From positions 1 through 44,439 of the forward strand of contig CAZGRH010000001.1 in assembly GCA_964527005.1 (NCBI GenBank): 44,439 nucleotides of DNA. Direction: 5' to 3'. Position 1 is the first letter of the stretch; the number at the start of each line of letters is the position of its first letter. The translations under genes and the position numbers were made by a program. Positions 8,076 to 18,571 of this stretch are shown in pieces. Source of the DNA: an uncultured Muribaculaceae bacterium. GTDB lineage: Bacteria > Cyanobacteriota > Vampirovibrionia > Gastranaerophilales > Gastranaerophilaceae. The notes below the pieces were generated by a model. It saw only the letters and a list, made by a program, of their open reading frames with translations, did not search any database and was not told the origin of the DNA.

Positions 8076-9440
8076 ATGACAGAAAAAGTTGTAATTATAG
8101 GCGGCGGTGCGGCGGGAGCAAAAACCGCCGCCAAATTAAGACGTGAACGTCCTGATATGAAAATTGATATATATACTCAAGAAAATATTGTTTCTTTTTC
8201 TGCTTGCGGATTGCCTTACTATATAGAAAATATTATTCAATCTTCCAATACTTTGATTATCAGAACTCCCGAAGATTTTAAAAAACAAAATATAAATGTT
8301 CATATTTTGCAAAAATGTATAAAGGTTGATACTAATGGCAGGGTTTTGTTAATGGAAGATGTAACAACCAAAAAGCAATATTTTGTTAATTATGATATTT
8401 TGGTAATTGCAACAGGCGCAACACCAATTATTCCTAAAATAAAAAACATAAATTTAAATAACATATTTACTTTACATTCCATTGAAGACGGAATAAAAAT
8501 AAAGAAACAAATGTTAAAATCGAAACATGCCGTATTAATTGGTGGCGGTTATATTTCGGTTGAATTACTGGAAGCCTTTGTACACAACAATTTACAAGTT
8601 ACGTTAATTGAAAAATCAAATCATATTTTAAAAATGTTTGATGATGATTTTGCGACTTTAATTCAGGATTATATAATAGGGAAAACTCCGGGGCAGGTGA
8701 ATATTTTAACTAATGAAGAAGTTATTGAATTTGTGGGAAATGAAAATGAAGAAGTAGTAAAAGTTATAACTTCAAGCGGAAAAGAAATTCAAACGGATAT
8801 AGCAGTTATTGCAACGGGCGTAAGACCTAATACCGATTTTTTACAAAATAGCGGAATAAAATTAGGAATTTATAATACAGTTAAAGTTACAAATGCTTTG
8901 AGAACTTCAAAAGCCGGCATTTATGCCGTAGGAGATTGTACTGATAATTTTAGTTTAATTACAAATCGCAATATTTGGATGCCTTTGGGTTCTACAGCAA
9001 ATAAAGAAGGCAGATGTGCCGCTATTAATATTGCAGGCGGAAATTGTAATTTTGAGGGTGTATTAAGTTCAACCATAACAAAGTATTTTGATTATACCAT
9101 TTCGATTATAGGAATAAGTTATAAAGAAGCAATTGAACTTGGTTTTCGGCCTGAATATGCGGTTGTTACTAAACGAGATAAAGCAGGATACATGCCGAAT
9201 TCCGGAATGATTACATTAAAACTTATTGCGGATAAAAATACTCATCTTATTTTAGGAATACAAGGTATAGGAACGGGAGAGGTAAATCAAAGAATAAACA
9301 CTGTAATTCCTGCCATTATGGGTAAAACAAAATTAGAATCTTTTATGAACTTGGATTTACCCTATTCCCCACCTTATTCTCCGGCAATAGATCCTGTATT
9401 AAATGCGGCACAAATCATCTATCAAAAAATTAACGGATAA
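8076..9440 (+). CDS. NADH oxidase / CoA-disulfide reductase family flavoprotein (class I pyridine nucleotide-disulfide oxidoreductase with a single redox Cys)
   Basis: 454 aa. N-terminal FAD fold VVIIGGGAAGAK, redox-active Cys motif SFSACGLPYY, second Rossmann fold AVLIGGGYISVE, and AVGDC. Confidence 0.88.
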   Translation: MTEKVVIIGGGAAGAKTAAKLRRERPDMKIDIYTQENIVSFSACGLPYYIENIIQSSNTLIIRTPEDFKKQNINVHILQKCIKVDTNGRVLLMEDVTTKKQYFVNYDILVIATGATPIIPKIKNINLNNIFTLHSIEDGIKIKKQMLKSKHAVLIGGGYISVELLEAFVHNNLQVTLIEKSNHILKMFDDDFATLIQDYIIGKTPGQVNILTNEEVIEFVGNENEEVVKVITSSGKEIQTDIAVIATGVRPNTDFLQNSGIKLGIYNTVKVTNALRTSKAGIYAVGDCTDNFSLITNRNIWMPLGSTANKEGRCAAINIAGGNCNFEGVLSSTITKYFDYTISIIGISYKEAIELGFRPEYAVVTKRDKAGYMPNSGMITLKLIADKNTHLILGIQGIGTGEVNQRINTVIPAIMGKTKLESFMNLDLPYSPPYSPAIDPVLNAAQIIYQKING

Positions 9441-10662
9441 TTGCGCTTGTTTTTTCATTTTTAATCATTTGCAATAAAACACTTTCGGCTTTTAACAATT
9501 GGGAATCTCGTTTGTTTTTTATATCATCTTGAGATAATTTTTTTTCAATATCGGGTGCAATTCCTTTTTTGTTTATATCGGTTCCGTTCGGAGTTAAATA
9601 TTTTTGTACCGTAATATTCAATCCCGCTCCTGACGGAACAAGACTTTTAACTTCTTGAACCACACCTTTGCCAAAAGTATTTTCGCCGATTAATATTGCT
9701 CTTTGGTTATCTTTTAAAGCACCTGCCAAAATTTCACTTGCTGAAGCACTGCCGTTATTTATCAATACTACAATCGGTTGAGATGAAAAATAATTTCTTG
9801 TGGAACGTGATGTGTCTTTATATCCGTCACGGTCTACAGTGCTTACAATAATTTCATCATTTAGAAATAAATCAGCAATTTCTACCGCATTATTCAATAA
9901 ACCGCCGGAATTACCTCTTAAATCAATAATAATTCCGTCTTTGTTTTTATAAGAATTAATTATTTCTTTAAAATCAGAACTTACTTTTCTGCCCATAAAT
10001 GATGAAATTCTTACATATCCGATTGAATTATCAAGTTTGTAATCTTTCGGTAATTTCGTTGAAATCGATTTTATATTAATTTCATCTCTTACTATTTTAT
10101 AAATTTTATTCGGAACATCTTTTCTTTTAATTAACAATTCTACGGTAGTTCCTTTTTTTCCTCTTATTTTATCGGCGGCTTTATCAACACTTAAATCTTT
10201 TGTGGAAACTCCGTCAATAGATAAAATTTCATCGCCGGCTAAAATTCCGGCTTTTTCTCCGGGGGTGTCTTCCATTGGAGCAACAACCGTTAATTTGCCG
10301 TCTTTTACACCGATTTGTACTCCGATTCCATATAAAGAACCTTTTATCATATTTTTTTCTTCGGTAAATTCTTTAGGAGTTACAAATCTTGTATATTTAT
10401 CATTTAAACTTACAATCATTGTATCAATTGCAACGTAAGCATCTTCAGGTGTTTTTATAAAATTATCATATTTATGACGCCATTTGTTCCAATTTTGTCC
10501 GTTGTTTGTTTCATCAAGAAATTTTGAATTTACCGTTCTCCATACGGAATCATATAATTCTGCATTCGATTCCGCCATTGCCGTATTACTTTTGCAACAC
10601 ATTAAACTTGTTATTGTTAATGCAAAAGCAAGTAATGCTACATTTTTAATTCTTTTTTTCAC
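9430..10662 (-). CDS. ctpA: Carboxyl-terminal processing protease (peptidase S41, PDZ-containing)
   Basis: 410 aa with a signal peptide. PDZ segment (GIGVQIG...GEKAGILAGDEILSIDG). S41 motifs RGNSGGLL, GSASASEI and TFGKG. Confidence 0.9.
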   Translation of the reverse strand: MKKRIKNVALLAFALTITSLMCCKSNTAMAESNAELYDSVWRTVNSKFLDETNNGQNWNKWRHKYDNFIKTPEDAYVAIDTMIVSLNDKYTRFVTPKEFTEEKNMIKGSLYGIGVQIGVKDGKLTVVAPMEDTPGEKAGILAGDEILSIDGVSTKDLSVDKAADKIRGKKGTTVELLIKRKDVPNKIYKIVRDEINIKSISTKLPKDYKLDNSIGYVRISSFMGRKVSSDFKEIINSYKNKDGIIIDLRGNSGGLLNNAVEIADLFLNDEIIVSTVDRDGYKDTSRSTRNYFSSQPIVVLINNGSASASEILAGALKDNQRAILIGENTFGKGVVQEVKSLVPSGAGLNITVQKYLTPNGTDINKKGIAPDIEKKLSQDDIKNKRDSQLLKAESVLLQMIKNEKTSAIIR

Positions 10663-10855
10663 AACTCTCTCCTTATTCCATAATTATAATATAAAGTTTG
10701 TATTTTTTATATTCTTTAAACTTAGACTTAATTAGCAACAGAAAGTTTCAATATTTATTTATTTTTTACAAATTTTTAAATAATCTTTTTTGTTATTAAT
10801 GAAGATGTTTTTTATTTCTATTTGTTTCGTTATCTTTTATTAAAAGGAGGTTATT

Positions 10856-11302
10856 ATGCAATATTTTGAAATTGAACTTCAAGGTATTAATGAAAACGGA
10901 GAAGAAAAATCTTATAAATTATCTGATTTTAGAGGCAATAATTTGATAGTGTATTTTTATCCGCAAGATGATACACCTGTTTGTACGCAAGAAGCTCAAG
11001 ATTTTCGAGATTCTTTTGAAAAATTAAATAAATATTCAAAAATAGTCGGAGTTAGTGCAAATGATATCAAATCTCACAGAGAATTTATGATAAAAAATAA
11101 ATTAAATTTTATTCTTTTATCGGATGTTGAAAATAAATTAAAAAATGCATTTAAAAAACAAATTGAAAAATTACAAAATATTCAACGTTCTACTTTTATT
11201 TTGGATAAAGAAAGTAAAATCGTTAAATATTGGGAAAAAGTTGATGTAAATGACCAAATGGAAGAAATAATACGTTTTTTTGAAAATAATGAATTTGTGT
11301 AA
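10856..11302 (+). CDS. bcp: Thioredoxin-dependent peroxiredoxin, Bcp/PrxQ type
   Basis: 148 aa. Peroxidatic Cys motif FYPQDDTPVCTQEA. RBS AAAGGAGG upstream. Confidence 0.85.
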   Translation: MQYFEIELQGINENGEEKSYKLSDFRGNNLIVYFYPQDDTPVCTQEAQDFRDSFEKLNKYSKIVGVSANDIKSHREFMIKNKLNFILLSDVENKLKNAFKKQIEKLQNIQRSTFILDKESKIVKYWEKVDVNDQMEEIIRFFENNEFV

Positions 11303-11458
11303 ATTAAATTTTATTACAGAATGTAAATACGTTTTATTCAAACAGTTATTGAATTTTTAACTGTATGGCAAAATAAATAAATTTTTCAATATCAAAAATA
11401 ATTTTTAGAGTGTTTTAAGCGAGTGTCGATAAATATAAGTTATATATACAGAAGAAAA

Positions 11459-12238
11459 ATGCGAAAAATTAATCCTATATATCATTCATCAATACTTGAT
11501 TTAAATACAACAAATACGCAACTGAAAGTTGATTTAAACAAACAGAATAAAAGAACAAAAAATTGTGATAAAATTAAAGTTATTTTAGCTTCGGGGATAG
11601 GTGCCGGTGTCGGTTTAAAATCAGGGATGTTTGTTTCTGATATATTTAAAGAAAATGCCATTAAAAATTTTAGTAATGAATATTCTCAAACAGAATATTG
11701 TAAAAGGAAATTTGTAAAGCATCTGGGTAAATTTTTAGTTGAATTCCTGCGTACGGAAGAAGATCTTGGTAAAGGTATTCGTATCGAGTCTATGTTAGTC
11801 AGAGGTTTAAAAAAAGCCAAAGAAGAATGTTATTACGGTAATTCTGTGTATCAACTTCCGCTATTTAACTTAATTAAAGAAAATGGCTTATATGCAAAAA
11901 GTAAATCGAGAGATGTTAAAAAATTATTTAAAAATCTTGTTGAGGAAAATCCTGAATTTACGACAGCAAATGGTACCGTTATAAATTATCAACATCTCAT
12001 TGATGATATAAGAAGAGTTTCGATGATCGAAATTTCGGAATGTAAAACATTAAAAGAACTTGCCAATGATAAATATAACAATTCCGAATTTTATAGAAAG
12101 GAAGCAATAAAAAAACTTATTCAAGCAAAAGCAATTATTGTTGCTTTTACCGTAATGGGTGCTTTATTGCTCGGTAAAATAACTGCTTCAGAATTAAAAA
12201 AGAAAAATGAAAGAAACAAAAAAGCTTCAATTAGATAA
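11459..12238 (+). CDS. Hypothetical membrane-associated protein
   Basis: The ORF track starts at GTG 11423; the first ATG is at 11459 (MRKINP...). Hydrophobic segments VILASGIGAGVGL and a C-terminal IIVAFTVMGALLLG. No family recognised. Confidence 0.55.
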   Translation: MRKINPIYHSSILDLNTTNTQLKVDLNKQNKRTKNCDKIKVILASGIGAGVGLKSGMFVSDIFKENAIKNFSNEYSQTEYCKRKFVKHLGKFLVEFLRTEEDLGKGIRIESMLVRGLKKAKEECYYGNSVYQLPLFNLIKENGLYAKSKSRDVKKLFKNLVEENPEFTTANGTVINYQHLIDDIRRVSMIEISECKTLKELANDKYNNSEFYRKEAIKKLIQAKAIIVAFTVMGALLLGKITASELKKKNERNKKASIR

Positions 12239-12287
12239 ATAATAAGGTGAAAATTTACTTTATTAATATAAAATTTTCTTGTGTATT

Positions 12288-12869
12288 TTAAATTAAATTT
12301 TCTTCAATATACTTTAACATTGATTTAAGGGCTTTTGCTCTGTGTGAAATTGTATTTTTTATTTCTTCGGGTAATTGTGCAATCGTTTTATCATATTCGG
12401 GAACCAAAAATATCGGGTCATAACCAAATCCGTTTGTGCCTTTGGGCGTATCATCAATATAACCGAAAACATTTCCCGTCGTTGTTTTCAAAATTTCCCC
12501 GTTTTTATCAACCAATACCATAGCGCATACAAAACGTGCGCCTCTAAATTCATAAGGAACCGTTTTTAACTGTTTTAATATTTTTTGAATTTTTTCTTCT
12601 TGACTGTCGGCATATCTTGCAGAATAAATTCCGGGTTCACCCTCAAGTGCATCAACACACAAGCCTGAATCATCCGCCAAGCAATATGTTTTTGTAATTT
12701 TTGCGGCTTCAGTTGCTTTTATTTGCGCATTTTCCAAAAAAGTTTTGCCGTTTTCTTCCGGATTAAAATCTTTAGAAATTATGTCAAATACAATTTCGGG
12801 ATTTTTGTTAATGGCATTAATTTCTGCCAATTTGTGCGGATTTGAAGTCGCAATAGTAATTTTTATCAT
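12288..12869 (-). CDS. rdgB: Non-canonical purine NTP pyrophosphatase (dITP/XTP pyrophosphatase, Ham1/RdgB family)
   Basis: 193 aa. ATSNPHKLAEI near the N-terminus, GFGYDPIF, and SHRAKAL near the C-terminus. Confidence 0.9.
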   Translation of the reverse strand: MIKITIATSNPHKLAEINAINKNPEIVFDIISKDFNPEENGKTFLENAQIKATEAAKITKTYCLADDSGLCVDALEGEPGIYSARYADSQEEKIQKILKQLKTVPYEFRGARFVCAMVLVDKNGEILKTTTGNVFGYIDDTPKGTNGFGYDPIFLVPEYDKTIAQLPEEIKNTISHRAKALKSMLKYIEENLI

Positions 12870-13607
12870 TTATTTACCAAACCTTCTATTTCTGTAATTA
12901 AATTCTATAATGGCTTTTTTCAATTCTTCTTCATCAAATTCCGGCCAAAAAACATCCGTAACATAAATTTCCCGATAAGCTAACTGCCAAAGTAAGTAAT
13001 TGCTAATTCTTTTTTCACCGCCTGTTCTGATTAACAAATCAGGATTTGGGATTTTTGCCGTATACAAATTATCGTCAATAACTTTTTCAGTAATATTATC
13101 AATTAATAATTCATTGTTTATTACTTTTGTACAAATTTGCTTAACCGCATTCGTTATTTCTGCTTTTGCACCGTAATTAAAAGCAATTTGTAAATTTAGA
13201 GTTTTACAATGTTTCGTTTTTTCTTCTCCGAACAGTAAAACTTCTTTGATTTTTTCATTTAGCGAAAGTCTGTCGCCAATAAAATTTATTTTCACATCAT
13301 TTTCAAGAAATTCAGGAATTTCGTTTATAATAGTTTTTGCTAAAAGTGACATTAAAAAATCAACTTCTGATTTTTCTCTTTTCCAATTTTCCGTTGAAAA
13401 TGCATATACGGTTAAATATTTAATTCCGAATTTTTTACAGGCTCTTACTGCCGTTTTTAAAGCATCTACACCTTTTTTATGTCCTGCCGCTGACGGTAAA
13501 AATTTCGATTTTGCCCATCTTCTGTTTCCGTCCATAATTATTGCAATATGTGTTAAATTTGTTTGTTTTACTATATTTTCGATATTTTCGTTCAATGTAG
13601 TTTTCAT
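12870..13607 (-). CDS. uppS: Isoprenyl transferase (undecaprenyl-diphosphate synthase)
   Basis: 245 aa. HIAIIMDGNRRWA, FSTENWKR, and RTGGEKRISNYLLWQ. Confidence 0.92.
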   Translation of the reverse strand: MKTTLNENIENIVKQTNLTHIAIIMDGNRRWAKSKFLPSAAGHKKGVDALKTAVRACKKFGIKYLTVYAFSTENWKREKSEVDFLMSLLAKTIINEIPEFLENDVKINFIGDRLSLNEKIKEVLLFGEEKTKHCKTLNLQIAFNYGAKAEITNAVKQICTKVINNELLIDNITEKVIDDNLYTAKIPNPDLLIRTGGEKRISNYLLWQLAYREIYVTDVFWPEFDEEELKKAIIEFNYRNRRFGK

Positions 13608-13679
13608 ATAAAAATCCTTTTAATGAATTATAATTCAAAAATGTAATTATCAAAAGAAATTCAATAAATTTTATTTAAT

Positions 13680-13707
13680 TTGCTCAAAACCTTATTTGTG
13701 ATACAAT
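13680..13707 (+). promoter_or_regulatory. Candidate sigma70-type promoter for gyrA
   Basis: TTGCTC (13680-13685), 16-nt spacer, then TG-a-TACAAT (extended -10, TACAAT at 13702-13707). About 95 nt upstream of the gyrA start. Sequence match only. Confidence 0.35.
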
Positions 13708-13803
13708 ATAGGTATCATGACAGTTTTAAATGTTTTTATTTTTAAAAAATAATAAAAGCATTTGTTGAAATTAAACGTAATTTTATAAAAAGGGGTAGAA
13801 GTT

Positions 13804-16359
13804 TTGGCACAACAAAATTTTTTTGAAGAAGGAAAAATTGTTCCTGTTAATATTCGAGAACAAATGAAACAATGTTATATCGATTATGCAATGTCCGTAA
13901 TTATAGGCAGAGCATTGCCTGATGTAAGAGATGGTTTAAAGCCTGTTCACCGCCGTATTTTGTTTGCGATGAACGAATTAGGAATGACTCCCGATAAGCC
14001 GTTTAAAAAATGTGCCAGAATCGTAGGTGAAGTTTTAGGTAAATATCACCCGCACGGTGACAGTTCCGTTTATGAAGCATTAGTTCGTTTGGCTCAAGAT
14101 TTCAATACCAGATATTTAGTAGTTGACGGGCATGGTAACTTCGGTAGTGTTGATGGTGACGGTGCTGCGGCAATGAGGTATACCGAAGCGAGAATGCACA
14201 AGATAACAACATCAATGCTTGCTGATATAGATTGTGAAACGGTAGACTTCGGACCTAACTTTGACGGTTCGTTAGAAGAACCTTATGTATTACCTGTTCG
14301 TTTGCCGATGTTGCTTTTAAACGGTGTTTCAGGTATTGCGGTAGGTATGGCAACTAATATTCCGCCTCATAATTTGTGTGAAGTAGTAGATGGTACAATT
14401 GCATTAATTGATAATCCGAATTTAACCGTCGATGAATTAATGCATTATATAAAAGGACCTGATTTCCCGACAGGCGCAAGTATTGTCGGACTTTCCGAAA
14501 TAAGAAAAGCATATACAACCGGCAGAGGTTCAATAAAAATGTCTGCAATATCTTCTTTTGAAGAAATTCCGGCTGGAAACGGCAGACAATCAAGAACTGC
14601 AATAATCATTACGGAACTTCCGTATCAGGTAAATAAGTCATTTTTAATAACCAAAATTGCAGAACTTGTTCGTGATAAAAAGATTGACGGTATTTCTGAT
14701 TTAAGAGATGAATCTGACCGTGAAGGTATTCGTATTGTAATTGAATTAAAACGTGATGCGAAACCTGATGTTGTAAAAAATAATTTATATAAAATCACTC
14801 AATTATCAACTACTTTCGGTGTAAATATGCTTGCTTTGGTTGGGCAACAACCAAGACTTATGAATTTGATTGAAGTTCTTAATGAATTTATTGAACACAG
14901 GGTAGAAATTGTTACGAGAAGAACTTTATTCTTCCTAAAAAAATCAAGAATCAGAGCGCATATTTTAGAGGGTTTATTAATTGCACTTGCAAGTCTTGAT
15001 GAAGTAATTGAATTAATCAAAAAAGCAAAAACGGCAGAAGAAGCAAGAATTGGTTTAATGTCAAAATTCGGACTTGATGTTGATCAAGCAAATGCTATTT
15101 TAGAAATGCAATTAAGACGTTTAACAGGTTTGGAGCAAGATAAAATAAAAGCGGAATACGACGAATTAAAACAAAAAATTGCAGGATATGAAGAATTACT
15201 TGCAGATAAAAATAAAGTTTTAAGCGTAATAAAAACCGAGTTAAAAGAAGATAAAGAAAAATATGGTGATGAAAGAAAAACACAAATTCTTCCCGAAATG
15301 GATGAAATAACAATCGAAGATTTAACACCGAATGTTCCTATGGCGGTATTTATTACACGTCAAGGTTATATTAAGCGTATTTCTTTGGATGTGTTTGAAC
15401 GTCAAAACAGGGCGACAAGAGGTAAAGGCGGAATTAAGACGAAAGAAGACGATGACGTAGGACATTTCTTCACGGCAATGATGCATGACAAAGTTTTATT
15501 CTTCTCTAATAAAGGTACGGTTTATAGCTTAAATGTATATGACTTCCCTGAAGGTTCAAGACAAGCAAAAGGTTTACCGATAATTAACGTGTTACCGATA
15601 GAGCAAGATGAAAAAATAACTGCCGTAGTTCCTGTTAATAAAGAATCAACAAATACTGATTTAATTATGTTAACTAAAAAAGGTTATATAAAGAGAATTG
15701 GCAGAGAAAATTTTGAAAGTATCAGAAAGAACGGTATTATTGCTATAGGACTTGAAGAAGGTGATACTCTTAATTGGGTAAAACAAGCTTGTGATAGCGA
15801 TGAAGTAATTATTGCAACAAGTTGCGGTATGGCAATAAGATTTCCGATTGAAGATTTAAGACCTTTAGGCAGAACTGCAAGAGGTGTAAATTCAATGAAA
15901 CTTCGTGTATCGGATACTATTATCGGTTGTGATGTAGTACCGAAAAACTGTGATGCAGATTTACTTGTATTAACTTCCGACGGTTTCGGAAAACGTTCAA
16001 AAATGTCGGAATTCAGAACTCAAAACAGAGGCGGTATCGGTTTAATTGCAACTAAATTTAAATCTTCAGCTTCAAGACTTGTTGCTTTAACTGTTGTTAA
16101 CGAAACTGATGAAATTATGGTAGTTACGCAAAACGGAATAGTTTCAAGGATTAAAGCGGGTGACATATCTCGTCAAGGCAGACCTGCAACCGGTGTTCGT
16201 ATTCAAAACTTAATGGATAATGATTCCGTAATGGCTGTCAACAAAATTGTTGTTACCGATACAAAATCTTCTTATACAGAAGATGAAGTAATGCGGGATA
16301 TTGAAGAAGCAGTTCAAAATAAACTTGGCGATATTACGGAAAACGGCGAACAAGGATAA
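13804..16359 (+). CDS. gyrA: DNA gyrase subunit A
   Basis: 851 aa with a TTG start. [27 protein letters not shown], the [21 protein letters not shown], the catalytic-Tyr region [10 protein letters not shown], and C-terminal beta-pinwheel repeats. Confidence 0.97.
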   Translation: MAQQNFFEEGKIVPVNIREQMKQCYIDYAMSVIIGRALPDVRDGLKPVHRRILFAMNELGMTPDKPFKKCARIVGEVLGKYHPHGDSSVYEALVRLAQDFNTRYLVVDGHGNFGSVDGDGAAAMRYTEARMHKITTSMLADIDCETVDFGPNFDGSLEEPYVLPVRLPMLLLNGVSGIAVGMATNIPPHNLCEVVDGTIALIDNPNLTVDELMHYIKGPDFPTGASIVGLSEIRKAYTTGRGSIKMSAISSFEEIPAGNGRQSRTAIIITELPYQVNKSFLITKIAELVRDKKIDGISDLRDESDREGIRIVIELKRDAKPDVVKNNLYKITQLSTTFGVNMLALVGQQPRLMNLIEVLNEFIEHRVEIVTRRTLFFLKKSRIRAHILEGLLIALASLDEVIELIKKAKTAEEARIGLMSKFGLDVDQANAILEMQLRRLTGLEQDKIKAEYDELKQKIAGYEELLADKNKVLSVIKTELKEDKEKYGDERKTQILPEMDEITIEDLTPNVPMAVFITRQGYIKRISLDVFERQNRATRGKGGIKTKEDDDVGHFFTAMMHDKVLFFSNKGTVYSLNVYDFPEGSRQAKGLPIINVLPIEQDEKITAVVPVNKESTNTDLIMLTKKGYIKRIGRENFESIRKNGIIAIGLEEGDTLNWVKQACDSDEVIIATSCGMAIRFPIEDLRPLGRTARGVNSMKLRVSDTIIGCDVVPKNCDADLLVLTSDGFGKRSKMSEFRTQNRGGIGLIATKFKSSASRLVALTVVNETDEIMVVTQNGIVSRIKAGDISRQGRPATGVRIQNLMDNDSVMAVNKIVVTDTKSSYTEDEVMRDIEEAVQNKLGDITENGEQG

Positions 16360-16805
16360 TGAAAGCAGTTGTTCAAAGAGTTTTAAGCGCTTCCGTTACT
16401 ATTGACGGTAAATTATACAGTGAAACAGGAAAAGGTTATTTGGTATTGTTCGGTGTTGAAAAGAACGATACCAAATTTCATGCTGATTGGATTGCAAATA
16501 AATTATCGGTTTTAAGATGTTTTGAAGATGATAACGGAAAAATGAATTTATCAATAAAAGATATTGCCGGTGAAATGTTGATAGTATCTCAATTTACGTT
16601 ATGTGCAGATATAAAAAAGGGTACTCGTCCGAGTTTTGATAAAGCAATGAAACCTGATGAAGCAAATGAAATTTATGAATATTTTATTTCAAAAATTAAA
16701 GAACAAAATATTCCCGTTAAAACGGGAATATTCGGTGCTGATATGAAAGTTTCGTTAATAAATGACGGACCGGTTACTTTTGTTGCGGAACCGCCCGTTC
16801 AATAA
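16359..16805 (+). CDS. dtd: D-aminoacyl-tRNA deacylase
   Basis: 148 aa. [20 protein letters not shown]. Its start overlaps the gyrA stop (ATGA). Confidence 0.9.
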   Translation: MKAVVQRVLSASVTIDGKLYSETGKGYLVLFGVEKNDTKFHADWIANKLSVLRCFEDDNGKMNLSIKDIAGEMLIVSQFTLCADIKKGTRPSFDKAMKPDEANEIYEYFISKIKEQNIPVKTGIFGADMKVSLINDGPVTFVAEPPVQ

Positions 16806-18507
16806 ATAAATCCGTAAATTCGCATTTTAGCACATCCATTAAACCTTTATCCGTTAGCTTTAATTCGGGGATTACAGATAAAGATAAAAATGCCATAGTC
16901 ATAAACGGTTCTTTTAATGTGCAACCTAAAATTTGTTCACCTGTTTTTAAGTTTTCGGATTTTTCAATAACTGTTTGTGCGGATTGATTAGATATTAATC
17001 CTGCAATCGGGAGTTCTAATTTTGCAATGACTTCACCGTTATTAATTATGACTTTTCCGCCTTGAGATTTAACAAGTTCTTTTATTGCTTTAAGCATATC
17101 AGAATCATTTGTGCCGATAACAATCATATTATGTGAATCGTGTGCTACGGTAGAAGCAATTGCACCTGATTTTAAACCAAATCCTTTAACAAAACCTTTT
17201 CCTATTTTTCCGCTGCCTTTATGACGTTCAATAACAAGTATTTTTAGTACATCTTCTTCAATGTTACTTTCTGCATAGCCGTCAATTATTTTTATTTTAG
17301 CGGGAGTCGATTTTGTAACCAATTGTCCGTCTTGAACTTGAATTGTTTTAACCGTATCGCTTAATGCTTTTATTTTTAAGTCTTTTTCATCAAGCCATTT
17401 TATATTTACCGTACCTCGCAAGGAAGATATTTCAGGATTTTGAATATCAACAATCATTTTGCCGTTTTGAGCAACTAATTGTCCGTTTTTTATAACCATA
17501 GACGGTTTGAAATCAATCAAATTGTCCAAAATTAAAATATCTGCACGATAGCCGGGGGCAATTGCGCCGTATTTGTTAATTCCAAAATATTCTGCCGTAT
17601 TGATACTTGCCATTTGTATTGCTTTTATAGGGTCAACACCTTGTTCAACACATCTTCTTACCATCATATTTATATGTTCTTTTAATGCAGATGGGTATCT
17701 GTCATCAGTAACAAAAATACATTTTCTTGTCGGGCAATTTTTTAAAACAGGAATTAGTGCATCTAAATCTCTTGCCGCACTTCCTTCTCTTATCATTAAA
17801 TACATACCTAATCTTAATTTTTCAATTGCTTCATTCGAATTTGTACATTCGTGGTCGGAAGAAACACCGGCTGCTACGTAAGCGCATAATTCTTTTCCTG
17901 ATAAATACGGAGCATGCCCGTCAATGCGTTTTCCTTTTTCAAGTCCCAACTTTATTTTTGACATAACTTGTTTGTCAAGATTAATAACCCCCGGGAAATT
18001 CATCATTTCACCGATACCTAAGACCCAAGGACTATCAATAAGCAAAGATAAATCATAACTGTTTAATTCAAATCCTGAAGTTTCATAAGGAGAAGCGGGA
18101 ACACAAGACGGTAACATCATATAAACATCCAGCGGTAAATTTTTTGAAGCTTCTCTCATAAAGCTGATACCGTGTAGTCCTATAACATTGGATATTTCGT
18201 GCGGGTCGGCTATTACTGCCGTTGTACCGGACGGAACTACTAATTTGGCAAATTCGGACGGAACTAACATTGAACTTTCAATATGTACGTGTCCGTCAAT
18301 AAATGCGGGAGATACATATTTTCCTGTCGCATCAATTTCTTTAATACCTTTATATTCCGAACCTACGCCTGCTATAATTCCGTCTTTTATTGCAATATCA
18401 GCTTGGTAGATTTCTTCCGTAATTACATTTATTAATTGTGCATTTTTAATTACCAAATCCGCAATTTGACTTGATTTTGCAGTAAGTATTACATCTTCCA
18501 ATGCCAT
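16774..18507 (-). CDS. ade: Adenine deaminase
   Basis: 577 aa amidohydrolase. FIDGHVHIESSM, HEISN, and DSHN in the C-terminal domain. RBS GCGAGG upstream. Confidence 0.9.
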   Translation of the reverse strand: MALEDVILTAKSSQIADLVIKNAQLINVITEEIYQADIAIKDGIIAGVGSEYKGIKEIDATGKYVSPAFIDGHVHIESSMLVPSEFAKLVVPSGTTAVIADPHEISNVIGLHGISFMREASKNLPLDVYMMLPSCVPASPYETSGFELNSYDLSLLIDSPWVLGIGEMMNFPGVINLDKQVMSKIKLGLEKGKRIDGHAPYLSGKELCAYVAAGVSSDHECTNSNEAIEKLRLGMYLMIREGSAARDLDALIPVLKNCPTRKCIFVTDDRYPSALKEHINMMVRRCVEQGVDPIKAIQMASINTAEYFGINKYGAIAPGYRADILILDNLIDFKPSMVIKNGQLVAQNGKMIVDIQNPEISSLRGTVNIKWLDEKDLKIKALSDTVKTIQVQDGQLVTKSTPAKIKIIDGYAESNIEEDVLKILVIERHKGSGKIGKGFVKGFGLKSGAIASTVAHDSHNMIVIGTNDSDMLKAIKELVKSQGGKVIINNGEVIAKLELPIAGLISNQSAQTVIEKSENLKTGEQILGCTLKEPFMTMAFLSLSVIPELKLTDKGLMDVLKCEFTDLFIERAVPQQK

Positions 18508-18571
18508 ATTAAACCTCGCTATCTAATTTATTACCGCCGAACAAACGGCATTTTTTACATATTACCACAAT

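Noticed and set aside
14040-14100. GyrA QRDR checked for quinolone-resistance substitutions.
   Set aside because: The motif [11 protein letters not shown] keeps Ser at the Ser83-equivalent position and an acidic residue (Glu) at the Asp87-equivalent position, as in many wild-type Gram-positive-like GyrA proteins. Nothing unusual.
18508-18571. GCCG-aacaaa-CGGC hairpin followed by ATTTTTT between the yhaN-like gene and ade.
   Set aside because: The stem is only 4 bp. The T-tract is on the + strand while both flanking genes are on the minus strand, so it is not a credible terminator.
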